DNA of 64,000 nucleotides from an uncultured Acidobacteriota bacterium (GTDB lineage Bacteria; Acidobacteriota; Thermoanaerobaculia; Gp7-AA8): NCBI GenBank assembly GCA_937870635.1, contig CALMZP010000084.1, positions 5,335 to 69,334 of the forward strand, read 5' to 3'. Shown piece by piece: positions 37,462 to 46,054 of this stretch (position 1 is its first letter; each line of letters starts with the position of its first letter). The notes under the pieces were generated by a model. It saw only the letters and a program-made list of their open reading frames with translations, ran no database searches and was not told where the DNA came from. The position numbers and the translations under genes were made by a program.

Positions 37462-37742
37462 AGAACGATCCTCACAGTCGGCGGATCGGCGGGGGGCAAG
37501 CCGCCCATCTCGAATGTCATCGAGTGCTGGCGTTCGATGGCCGCTGCGAGGAACTCGGGATCGAGCTTCCACACCGGATCGTAAAGCGCGTCAAGATCGA
37601 TGACATACGCCGTACCCTCGTTCTCGATGATGGCAGAGCCGAGGATTCGTTCCGACAGATCGGGCCGTTGATGCCGTGCCCGCTTCGCAACGTCAGGGTG
37701 CATGACAACAATGCGCCCGTGATCGAGAACCCCCTCTCTCAC
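37458..37742 (-). CDS. hypothetical protein
   Basis: GTG start after GGGGGTG; GTGA coupling to the helicase. Confidence 0.5.
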   Translation of the reverse strand: MREGVLDHGRIVVMHPDVAKRARHQRPDLSERILGSAIIENEGTAYVIDLDALYDPVWKLDPEFLAAAIERQHSMTFEMGGLPPADPPTVRIVL

Positions 37743-37831
37743 ACTCTCACCCCCGGATTCCTTCACCCCACCCCTAAAGGGGTGAAGGGAGAAGGAAGTC
37801 CTGAAGAACCTGAAAACTTTTCGCAGGATGT

Positions 37832-38122
37832 TCAACGAATCCACACCCCTGCGATGAAAGCCTTGTTGATCCAGACCTTCGTTCCCCTGATCTCGAACTC
37901 GACTGCGTATCGATCAACGTGACAAACTTTCGCATCGATTGTATCGTCTGCTGAAAGAAGTCCGTCCATCGGCGTAGCAAAGTCCGCTGCCAGAACGAGA
38001 TCGACAGTTCCGCTCGACTTCTTCGCTGCGATCAGCGCATTGTCATACGCTGAATGCTGCGAGTGCGAACGTCCGCGACCACGGCTCTTGCCGCGATCAC
38101 GTTCCACGGTTGCTGCTTCCAA
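37832..38122 (-). CDS. Sm/Hfq-like protein (putative)
   Basis: AAGGAGG then TTG start. YDNALIAAKKSSGTVDLVL...AKVCHVDRYAVEF...KVWINKAFIAGV parallels the Hfq helix, Sm1 and Sm2 (YKHAISTV) pattern. Confidence 0.55.
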   Translation of the reverse strand: MEAATVERDRGKSRGRGRSHSQHSAYDNALIAAKKSSGTVDLVLAADFATPMDGLLSADDTIDAKVCHVDRYAVEFEIRGTKVWINKAFIAGVWIR

Positions 38123-38221
38123 GTGAACCTCCTTGTCGGGCCTGACAATTGAGTGCTGACGGAAGAAGCGGGGAGAGGCCGTAGCCCCTCCCCTGCGCCC
38201 GACAGTCACTCAGAACGCGGG

Positions 38222-38251
38222 ACACTAGCATCGCTCCCCCTAGATCGTCAA
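38222..38251 (-). promoter_or_regulatory. promoter heading the replication module
   Basis: TTGACG-18 nt-TAGTGT with extended TG. Confidence 0.55.
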
Positions 38252-38348
38252 GAAGTGGTCTGTACGGCCGTCTGCGGGCCTGGGCGGATGGATCGACCTC
38301 TCGGGTACCCCCTCCCTTCCCAGGCCCGGAAACGGCCGCTGAGAGCGC

Positions 38349-38846
38349 CGGACGGGGCTTCCCCGAGGAGATCACTGTTCGGCGGCTACTTGCGCGAGGG
38401 CGGGCACGCGCTTTCGCCGCCGAACTCGGTAGGCGGGAATGACAACCCCTCTAGCAAGGCACGCCTCGACCAACTGATGACAATTCGAGCAAAGCGTGAG
38501 CAAGTTTGAGTGAGTGTCGTTCTTCCTATCGCCATCTTTGTGATGAATCTCTAGTTGACAAATATCCTCGGGCACAAAACCGCACCGCTCGCAATGATCC
38601 TTCAGGTGCTTGCGATAGCGATGCAACCAAGCATGTCCTTCAGGCGTGCGCCAGTTCCCATGCTTGTCAGGATTCTGCTGCAACCATGCACGCTTGGTGT
38701 CTCGGCTTCGTATGGCACAACGCCACCGCCCATTGCCCTTGGCGTGAATCTTCACCGGCCCACAGATTGAACACTTGGCTGTGCGCTTCTCGGTATCGAT
38801 TTTTGTCAACTTGTGATCCATGATCTCCTCGGTTCCGCCCCGTCCG
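38349..38846. repeat. 26-nt inverted repeat (38349-38374 / 38821-38846) enclosing the HNH ORF
   Basis: CGGACGGGGC-ttcc-CCGAGGAGATCA versus TGATCTCCTCGG-ttcc-GCCCCGTCCG. Confidence 0.9.
38372..38821 (-). CDS. HNH endonuclease
   Basis: CERCG...LEIHHKDGDRKND..SNLLTLCSNCH. Confidence 0.9.
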   Translation of the reverse strand: MDHKLTKIDTEKRTAKCSICGPVKIHAKGNGRWRCAIRSRDTKRAWLQQNPDKHGNWRTPEGHAWLHRYRKHLKDHCERCGFVPEDICQLEIHHKDGDRKNDTHSNLLTLCSNCHQLVEACLARGVVIPAYRVRRRKRVPALAQVAAEQ

Positions 38847-38877
38847 ACCTTGTTGCGGGACTAGCCCGCGAGCTTTT

Positions 38878-39045
38878 TCAGGGGCGGTTGGGTGTCCCCC
38901 AAACCGCGCTGAACGTGGTCAGTGTCACGATGGCTGCGGCGACCCACTCCCCCGCCACGATGGAGTTGTCAACCAGCGCGACACTGATCGAGCCAAGGCC
39001 CGCCACGATCCCTGAAACCGTCGCCTTCGCATACGTGGTGAACAT
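38878..39045 (-). CDS. holin-like protein, 55 aa
   Basis: Hand translation MFTTYAKATVSGIVAGLGSISVALVDNSIVAGEWVAAAIVTLTTFSAVWGTPNRP: two TM helices, actinophage holin-like. Confidence 0.7.
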   Translation of the reverse strand: MFTTYAKATVSGIVAGLGSISVALVDNSIVAGEWVAAAIVTLTTFSAVWGTPNRP

Positions 39046-39077
39046 GTCCCACCCTTCCTTTCGTTGTCAGTTGACGA

Positions 39078-39176
39078 TCAGCCTACTTCGATGTCCCACC
39101 CGAAGAACAAGGCGAGAACCAGCGCGAGCGCAATCACCCACATGGCGACATCGCTCCTAGTCCAACCTGCCATCAT
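39078..39176 (-). CDS. small single-TM protein, 32 aa
   Basis: GGAGG RBS; MMAGWTRSDVAMWVIALALVLALFFGWDIEVG. Confidence 0.55.
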   Translation of the reverse strand: MMAGWTRSDVAMWVIALALVLALFFGWDIEVG

Positions 39177-39186
39177 TGTCACCTCC

Positions 39187-39744
39187 CTAGTAGACGTTGT
39201 ACCTGCGCTTGTAGGCACGGGCTTCGCATTCGCCGCCGTACCGACCGTTCACGTAGCCGATCATCCACCGAAGCTGCGTCCACGGGTTTGTCGCCCAATC
39301 CGGCCCCGCGCTTTTCATCTTGTAGCCAGGGTTCGCCTGGGGAATCCCGTATGCCTCGTACACGTTGCCATGCCCGCCGCCGTAGTCGAGCGTCGGGATG
39401 TAACGTGCATTTTCACCGTGGGAGCCGTACTCGGGTTCGCCTTCGATGATGTCCGCGAGGCACGGATGGTGCGTGCGGATGTACGTCTTGATGTCCGGTG
39501 GGTTCAGCTTGCGATACGTCTCCTTCCGTTCGCTTGTCAGCCATGCAACCGCCTTGCATGACCATCGCTTGTGATCGCCCTTTCCGCGCCGACAGACATA
39601 CTTGGCGTGGGCGAGGTTTTCAGTCTGCGAAGCAAGGCGGTGTTTCAGAGTTTCGCCTTTGGGCTTCGTGACTAGATGTGCCTGGGCTGTGCTTGTCCCG
39701 CCGAACATGACAATCGCCATGACGACGGTTAGGGCAATCCTCAT
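39187..39744 (-). CDS. secreted lytic transglycosylase-like protein
   Basis: Signal peptide; AYGIPQANPG.KM.SAGPDW.TNP.TQLRW...Y...RYG is typical of actinobacterial lysozyme-fold proteins. Confidence 0.8.
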   Translation of the reverse strand: MRIALTVVMAIVMFGGTSTAQAHLVTKPKGETLKHRLASQTENLAHAKYVCRRGKGDHKRWSCKAVAWLTSERKETYRKLNPPDIKTYIRTHHPCLADIIEGEPEYGSHGENARYIPTLDYGGGHGNVYEAYGIPQANPGYKMKSAGPDWATNPWTQLRWMIGYVNGRYGGECEARAYKRRYNVY

Positions 39745-39760
39745 GCGAACGCCACCTGTG

Positions 39761-40144
39761 TCAGAGGAACACCGCGCCGCTCTTTCTCATACAACAGCCC
39801 AACGCGATTGCCGACTTCTCGGACTTGACAATCAGATAGGGGTAAACGGCTTCGAGAAAACGCCGGACTGACTCTTGCCGGTTGATGACAAGATGAACAG
39901 TCGTAGATGAGTTCTCGCTGCGGTGCGTGGAGTGATACTTCCACCGGCCAGTGATTCCTTCTCGGACGAGGAACTTCTCGATCCGGCGCAGCACTTCAGC
40001 CTGCGGTTCGGACTGAAAAAGTCCAACATCGATGCGCTTCAGTTTGCCACCTTACTTGACAATCGAAACACATCCTTCGCCGTCGAAGAACCCGGCCACG
40101 TACTCCCAACCAATGTGGCGATTCTTCTGAGGCAGCTTACTCAC
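39761..40144 (-). pseudogene. LAGLIDADG homing endonuclease with in-frame stop
   Basis: GTG start after AAGGAGG; YVAGFFDGEGCVSIVK then TAA (40052-40054), continuing in frame to PYLIVK. Confidence 0.85.
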
Positions 40145-40177
40145 GTACAGCCTCCTTGCTAGACAACAGGACGGTCG

Positions 40178-40993
40178 CTAACCGATGACGGTCGCACCCA
40201 CGTCAATCAGGTGCTTTTTCATGGCAGCGACATCGAGGTAGCGCGACACCTTGCCGGACAGATCGTCAACGACCGCCCAACACTCGTCGCAGTACCTCTC
40301 GATGAAGGCGTTTGTCATGTAGACCTCACGCCCCCATGTGATGCACGTCACCCCGCCCTCGTCATACGACTTCACGTAGACGAGATGCCCACCCCATGAT
40401 CCAGGGCGCGTCTCGGGGCTGTCAGTGGGCACCGAATCCCACGGCTCGTTGCGCGACCACTGATGCGCCGCCGAGTCCGGGAGCCAGAGGCCCATCTGCA
40501 CACCGCGTAGCAGGTAGATCGCTGCGCGGATTTCAGCGCGATCCTTCGGGTCGATTTCACCGTAGGCCGCGATGCTGTTTTTGCGCTTCTTCTTCGAGCG
40601 AAGGGTCGGCAGAATCTCCCACCCCTCGTTGCGCCAGTCCTTGACCGCTTCGAGGACGTACAGGCCATTGTCATCGGGATCACCGGCGAACTGCGGGGCA
40701 CGGCCGAATTGGCGCTGGCACTCGGCCTTGTATTCCGCGATGACATCCGGCGTCGTGATGTTTGGGGTGTTTCGAGTCTCGATGCGCTCGAGCCTGAAAA
40801 CGTGGTTTGTACGTCCCACCATCACGCAGTCGCCCCACTGATCGTTACCGAACGACGACACAGGAAACGGCTTGCGCCCTGCGTCTGTGTCATACGTCAG
40901 TGGGATTTTCACTGAAGGCGCAGGCGCGAGCGCCATTGCCATGCGCAACGTGCGTGGGTCATGGCGATATTCGAGCTTGCCAAGCCTAGGCAT
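40178..40993 (-). CDS. papain-like cysteine peptidase
   Basis: GNDQWGDC, WGGH and TWG motifs. Confidence 0.7.
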   Translation of the reverse strand: MPRLGKLEYRHDPRTLRMAMALAPAPSVKIPLTYDTDAGRKPFPVSSFGNDQWGDCVMVGRTNHVFRLERIETRNTPNITTPDVIAEYKAECQRQFGRAPQFAGDPDDNGLYVLEAVKDWRNEGWEILPTLRSKKKRKNSIAAYGEIDPKDRAEIRAAIYLLRGVQMGLWLPDSAAHQWSRNEPWDSVPTDSPETRPGSWGGHLVYVKSYDEGGVTCITWGREVYMTNAFIERYCDECWAVVDDLSGKVSRYLDVAAMKKHLIDVGATVIG

Positions 40994-41447
40994 CTTTCCT
41001 CCTGTCCCCTTCGGCCCGAGCCTTGTCCTCTGCGGCCTTGGTTGCAATGTCATGCCGCGCAAGGTCAATGACCTTTGACCTGACAACACGGGCAATGACC
41101 GACTGGACAACGAGCAGGATTGCACCGAAGATCAGCCCCCACCTGACAGACACTCCGATCCAAAACGCGGGGCTTGACGTGTCGGTGCTTCCAGTCTCCG
41201 GGATCATCATTGCCAGCGCACCGATCAGGATGAAAATGCAATGGATGATCGCACGGATTCCGTCCTGCCACTTCTGCGCTCGGGCAAGCAGCATCCGCCC
41301 ATTGATCGTCTCGATCTCTTTCAGGGCGCGGCAGTCTTTCACCGCGTCACGGTAGTTCCAAAGAGCGAAGCCAAGCCCGAAGGTGGCAATCAAGACCCAA
41401 AGGATTTCGATGTCACCTACCGTTCCGTATTGAGCAGCGACAGTCAA
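40986..41447 (-). CDS. membrane protein (3 TM)
   Basis: Three hydrophobic helices; in the lysis region. Confidence 0.65.
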   Translation of the reverse strand: MTVAAQYGTVGDIEILWVLIATFGLGFALWNYRDAVKDCRALKEIETINGRMLLARAQKWQDGIRAIIHCIFILIGALAMMIPETGSTDTSSPAFWIGVSVRWGLIFGAILLVVQSVIARVVRSKVIDLARHDIATKAAEDKARAEGDRRKDA

Positions 41448-41592
41448 GCGTTTTTCTCCCTTCTTGTCATGACATCTCGACGTTGTTCGATCATGCGCAA
41501 CCGGGCCGCAATGTCCAGTTGCTCCTGCCGCAACTCTCGCTTCTCACGGTCGGGAACAGCGCCATTCACTTTGCGCTTTTTCAACCAACCCA

Positions 41593-41826
41593 TCACGGGC
41601 TACTCCGTTCTGCCGCAGTCACCACGGACTCCGCAGTTGTCACAGCCGTCCTCGCCAGGTAGGTGCCTGCCTTAGCTGCTTCCTTCCATTCGTCTCGATC
41701 TCGGGCGACTTCCTCGGCGTACCACCCAAAGACCCACTTCTTTTTCAGACCGCTCCAAATGACAAAGACCAGGAACCCGAGAAGGCCCGCATCGGAGGCG
41801 ATGTTCAAGAGTTCCTGAAGCGTCAT
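41593..41826 (-). CDS. holin-like membrane protein
   Basis: One TM helix followed by RDRDEWKEA; directly downstream of the endolysin. Confidence 0.6.
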   Translation of the reverse strand: MTLQELLNIASDAGLLGFLVFVIWSGLKKKWVFGWYAEEVARDRDEWKEAAKAGTYLARTAVTTAESVVTAAERSSP

Positions 41827-42899
41827 GGCGTCCCGATCTCCGCGATCAGGGTTTCGAGCTTGGCCTTGACATCCGCGAGCTTCGCCTTCAACACCGCGAC
41901 TTCGACGCTGCCATTCGCACGTGCCTCCTCCAACTCGTTTGTCAGCGAGGCAACCTGATTCTGAAGGACGACGATCTGAGCGACCTTCTCTTGTAGCTGC
42001 GCTTCGAGCGGGGCATTGTCACGTGCCAGCGCCGCGACCTTGCGATTGAGGCCATCCCACCACCACTCGTTGATCTCATCCGGTGCCGACTTCGGCCGCG
42101 TAGCCGGGTTGCGGTCGAAGATGTACCAGTCACTCCACTGATCGAATGTCAGCGGAGGGCCAAGCTGCCGGTGGATCGAAGCTGACAATCCCACATCGTC
42201 GTAGGCCCATTGCGGGATGTCAGCGGGCAGGCCAGGGATCGCAGGCAGCGCCACGCCCTGCGGGCGCTGCACCATGTACCACGCCTTCCACGCCGGGTAC
42301 CAAGCGGGAATCGCCATCTCGTTCTCCTCCTCCTGTGTCTGAGCGAGCAGCGCGGCCCACTTGATCGCCCTTGGGTCTGTGTGATCGTTTTCAGGTGTCT
42401 CGCTGTGGCCGAACCACCCTGCCTTCATTGTCCAGTTCGAGGCCGAGCGCGTGCCATCTCCTCCCCGACGCATCGGGACGCCAGCCACGTCCTCGATTTT
42501 CAGCATCAGCTTTCGCAGTAGCTCGGTCGTCGCAGCATCGGGAAGCCACGGCTCCCACTGACAGAACGCGACAAGCTCGATCTGTACCAGGCAGTCGCGG
42601 TTTGTCTCGACACCCCCGCTCGCGTTTTTCAGCGTCAACGCCATCTCGCCAATCGGCATGAACTGTGCGATGCGAAGTCGGCCAGTGTAGCCGACGCCCG
42701 AGCGCGTCGAGCCGTCACGGCCGATCATGAACGTCGGGGTGCCAGTGTTGAACCGGAATACTGACAAAGAGCCAGCCCACGATCCCTCGGTTGTGTGGAG
42801 GACGCCCTTGGGTGGGTTCCTGTCAGCGGCCACGAATGACCGCTTGACATCGGTAATCCGCTCGACCGTGACCCCGCCTACCTCAGTCAGCCACGTCAT
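41823..42899 (-). CDS. endolysin, N-acetylmuramoyl-L-alanine amidase
   Basis: VLHTTEG, QIE and GHSETPENDHTDP zinc-amidase motifs. Confidence 0.85.
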   Translation of the reverse strand: MTWLTEVGGVTVERITDVKRSFVAADRNPPKGVLHTTEGSWAGSLSVFRFNTGTPTFMIGRDGSTRSGVGYTGRLRIAQFMPIGEMALTLKNASGGVETNRDCLVQIELVAFCQWEPWLPDAATTELLRKLMLKIEDVAGVPMRRGGDGTRSASNWTMKAGWFGHSETPENDHTDPRAIKWAALLAQTQEEENEMAIPAWYPAWKAWYMVQRPQGVALPAIPGLPADIPQWAYDDVGLSASIHRQLGPPLTFDQWSDWYIFDRNPATRPKSAPDEINEWWWDGLNRKVAALARDNAPLEAQLQEKVAQIVVLQNQVASLTNELEEARANGSVEVAVLKAKLADVKAKLETLIAEIGTP

Positions 42900-43125
42900 A
42901 GCCCGCCTCCTTCGCGGCTTCCACCTTCTTTGTCAGGTTGTCGATGTCCACTAGAAGGACACCCTTCTCGCTTGTCAACGACTCGACCTGGCCCTCCAAC
43001 CCCTCGATCTTTGTCAATGCCTCCGCGAGTGCGGATTCCAGCGCCTCGACACGATCCTCGGCAAGCCGCCTGCTAACACGCTCCTCTCCGAGAATGACAA
43101 GCGTGTTGACCATGTTCTGTTCCAT
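42883..43125 (-). CDS. coiled-coil hypothetical protein
   Basis: RBS then MEQNMVN; heptad pattern. Confidence 0.55.
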   Translation of the reverse strand: MEQNMVNTLVILGEERVSRRLAEDRVEALESALAEALTKIEGLEGQVESLTSEKGVLLVDIDNLTKKVEAAKEAGYDVAD

Positions 43126-43144
43126 GCTTCCCGCCCTTCCTTTG

Positions 43145-44107
43145 TCAGAGCTTTGCGAGGTAGACGCCAACGATGTGCGGCACAGTGTCAACAGGCGCAC
43201 CGGCCGTCTGATCGCCTGCTGTGATGCCAGTAGCCACGTGCGAAGTCGCTGACCCGGCCCCGGTGAAATCTCCACCCGCTGCGATGTTCGCAGGCCCACC
43301 CACAATCTGATTGTAAGAGTGTGAGTGTCCTGGGTCAACGATGCTTGTCTTGTGACGTGGCTTGCGGAACTGTACCGCCAGGCCGTCATTTTCAAGCAGC
43401 GTATCGACCTCTGCATGAGTGCCTTGACCGACAATTACGCGCCCGCGAGTGTCAGGGGTGGCGACCCCGCCAAGGTGCGTTGCAAGCTCGGCATAGATGC
43501 CCGTCGAACTCGGGAGGTTCGTGCCATCGTATTTCACCCATCCAGTCGGCGTAGCCGAATTGAACCACGCCATCGTTGCACCGGCCGGTGGTGTCGCCAC
43601 CCGCGCCCATGCGGCACCGTCTGAGCGGTAGAGAACATCCTGATCGCTCGCGTAGTAGAAGCTGCCGGGAACGACTGACGATGCGGCAGGACGGGTGCCA
43701 AGGGTTCCTGACAACGAGTCGATGCCGAACGGCTGCCAGTTGCGTGCGCCGTCTGTCCCGGTGTTCCACTCCCACTTGTTTTTCACCGTGTTCAGGATCG
43801 CCAGGCCGTAAGGCGCTCGGCCTGCGGCGATGGCGTCCCTCTGCGTGGTCGTGAACGCGCCGGGGATGATCCCTTCCAGACCACGAAGAATCTTTGTCAC
43901 TCGAAGATCAGCGGCCACCTGCAACTCGCCCGCACCGATCTTCGAGATCGACAGCGTGGAATCGCCAATCCTGAGCGTCCCTAGATCGATTGTCTGTGCG
44001 AAGTCCGCCTGCGCAGCCGCAGCCGCCTGGATCGCGTTCAGATCACCGGCAAAGAGCTTCCCGTTCGGCGCTACGCCGGTTGAGTCGAATGTTTTGACTG
44101 CGACCAT
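43145..44107 (-). CDS. tail fibre protein with collar domain
   Basis: PAGATMAW...PTGWVKYDG...PDTRGRVIVG collar motif; DPGHSH. Confidence 0.8.
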   Translation of the reverse strand: MVAVKTFDSTGVAPNGKLFAGDLNAIQAAAAAQADFAQTIDLGTLRIGDSTLSISKIGAGELQVAADLRVTKILRGLEGIIPGAFTTTQRDAIAAGRAPYGLAILNTVKNKWEWNTGTDGARNWQPFGIDSLSGTLGTRPAASSVVPGSFYYASDQDVLYRSDGAAWARVATPPAGATMAWFNSATPTGWVKYDGTNLPSSTGIYAELATHLGGVATPDTRGRVIVGQGTHAEVDTLLENDGLAVQFRKPRHKTSIVDPGHSHSYNQIVGGPANIAAGGDFTGAGSATSHVATGITAGDQTAGAPVDTVPHIVGVYLAKL

Positions 44108-44117
44108 TTGTCACCCC

Positions 44118-44519
44118 CTATCCCTGGATGAAGGAGAAGTTGTCGATGATGTATTTCACGCCGTCCTCGACCGTGGGGAACCTGCCCTGTTGCTTCCACG
44201 CGATTGCGAAGTAGAGGGCAAAATCCCGAGGCATCGGGTCGGGGATGTTTTCAGGTGCCACCTGTGCAAGCCACTGGACACCGTAGAACGCCTCCGCGTT
44301 TCCAACGGGGTACTCCTCCCCGTTGTCAAGACGCTGTGCGATCTCCAACTCCATTGCGTCAATCGGATCACCCGTCTTGCCTCGACGGGTGTAGACCTCC
44401 TCGATCAGACGCACGATCATGTCGTTGTCAGGTTTGTCGAGCAACGCCGCCGCGATCCTGTCCTTGTTTCCACGCAGGAGACGGGTGCGAGCCGCTGCCA
44501 GTACGTTGATTTCTGCCAT
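44118..44519 (-). CDS. hypothetical tail-associated protein
   Basis: GGAGG RBS; in the tail module. Confidence 0.6.
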   Translation of the reverse strand: MAEINVLAAARTRLLRGNKDRIAAALLDKPDNDMIVRLIEEVYTRRGKTGDPIDAMELEIAQRLDNGEEYPVGNAEAFYGVQWLAQVAPENIPDPMPRDFALYFAIAWKQQGRFPTVEDGVKYIIDNFSFIQG

Positions 44520-44531
44520 TCCTTCCTCCTC

Positions 44532-45845
44532 CTACGCGACGTTGCGTCCCGTGTTGTAGTTTTCAAGAATCTCCTCGGCTGACAATGCCCGGTTGTAGAC
44601 GGCCAGTTCGTCCAGCACGCCGTCGAAGTTGGTGTTGACAAAACCAACGCCACCGATCTGCAACGGCCCGCCTAGGCCCGGCAGGATTGTGTCAGGCACC
44701 ACGCCTGCGTCACTCACTGTGTCCGACCTGACGCCATTGATCCAGACTTCGCACTCAGTCCCTCTTTTCACCCCGACAACGTGATAGACGCTGCCAGCCA
44801 CGATGCTGCCCCCAGGGGCGAGACGGCCTGCCCACTCTGCGGGGTCAGTCGTCTTGACAAAGAACCCAAGTGAGCCACCCGCATTGACACGCATCTGCCA
44901 AGAATCGTCCTTGTAGAAAATCGTTCCGTAGCTCGTCGGCGGCATCACGTCTACTCGAATCCACGCTTCGAGTGACAAATCTCGCATCCCTGTATAGAGC
45001 GCGTGATTAGGTGCTGACAAGTAATGCGCAACGTTGCTGAAATCGAGTGCGCCATCACCTGCGCCCCCAATGTCATGCTGCACCGCTGCATCGAGCAACC
45101 CTGGCCCTGCAACTGCGGTCGGGTTGCCGCCGGGGAATGATCCGTTGTTGCCGTAGCCTGACTCGTCAGTGGCGTCTACGCCGTTCACCCTGAAATACGC
45201 CACCGGCTGCTTGTTGCGAACCGTTCGGTGGTAGTTGAGGACGTTGGCCCGCGAGTTGTCAAGCGTGACCGTGATTCCCGAGGGCGTGACCCGTTGAAGC
45301 TCCTTTAGAAGCGCAGCGGTGTCCACGGCCACGTCGCTACGAATCCACACAGCGTAGGAGTAGTCCCGCACGTCCTCGTAGATGCGATACGTGCCCGTCA
45401 GTGAAAACGTGCCCGAGTAAAGCGGCACACCGCCAGCCGTCAGGGACACACCTGCCGGGGTCAGACTGACAGCTTCTCCGAACGTCGGAGTGATGAAGCC
45501 TTCGACAATCGCGCGAAGTCGAGCGCGCGTGAACGGCCCGTACTGAAGCCGGGGAGCGATGATCGAGCGCCGCTGTGTGTCAGTCTTTCCAGCCGGGGCA
45601 ATGGGCACGGTGACAATGGATTCCCACAGGTTCAGGTATTCAGACGCAGAAGCAACGAACATCTCCTCGCCAAGATGATCGACCTCATCGATCATCTCCT
45701 GCACGATGTCAGTGAACACCTTTCTGACCTGGCCGAAGTTCGAGTCCTGGTTTTCAGGCCACATCCCCGGCGGCGAAAGCTCGATGAACGCCCGCTCGGC
45801 GTCCGTGTATGCGCCCTCGGGCAGAAGTGTCGGCTGGCCTTCCAT
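44532..45845 (-). CDS. baseplate wedge (gpI-like) fused to LamG/ConA domain
   Basis: YLNLWE..V.. wedge pattern; DESGYGN, SLEAWI, YHVVG and FDGVLDELAVYNRALS (LamG). Confidence 0.8.
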   Translation of the reverse strand: MEGQPTLLPEGAYTDAERAFIELSPPGMWPENQDSNFGQVRKVFTDIVQEMIDEVDHLGEEMFVASASEYLNLWESIVTVPIAPAGKTDTQRRSIIAPRLQYGPFTRARLRAIVEGFITPTFGEAVSLTPAGVSLTAGGVPLYSGTFSLTGTYRIYEDVRDYSYAVWIRSDVAVDTAALLKELQRVTPSGITVTLDNSRANVLNYHRTVRNKQPVAYFRVNGVDATDESGYGNNGSFPGGNPTAVAGPGLLDAAVQHDIGGAGDGALDFSNVAHYLSAPNHALYTGMRDLSLEAWIRVDVMPPTSYGTIFYKDDSWQMRVNAGGSLGFFVKTTDPAEWAGRLAPGGSIVAGSVYHVVGVKRGTECEVWINGVRSDTVSDAGVVPDTILPGLGGPLQIGGVGFVNTNFDGVLDELAVYNRALSAEEILENYNTGRNVA

Positions 45846-46054
45846 TACGTCACCCCCTCAGACGCCGTGAGCGCCGTTTTGAGCGTCCGCCAGCCGTCAA
45901 GGGTGGTCTGGACTACCCCTACGAACACCGCGCCCCCTACGGGCTTGCAGATGCCGCACAGCCCGCAGTAGTCAACGCGGCTCGCGCCGAACGTGAGCGG
46001 GGTAGCTCCTTCCACCCAAACGTGCTGACAACCCTCTGTGATCAAGACGCTCAT
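45845..46054 (-). CDS. hypothetical protein
   Basis: Coupled on both sides; CQH..CGLCG. Confidence 0.5.
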   Translation of the reverse strand: MSVLITEGCQHVWVEGATPLTFGASRVDYCGLCGICKPVGGAVFVGVVQTTLDGWRTLKTALTASEGVT

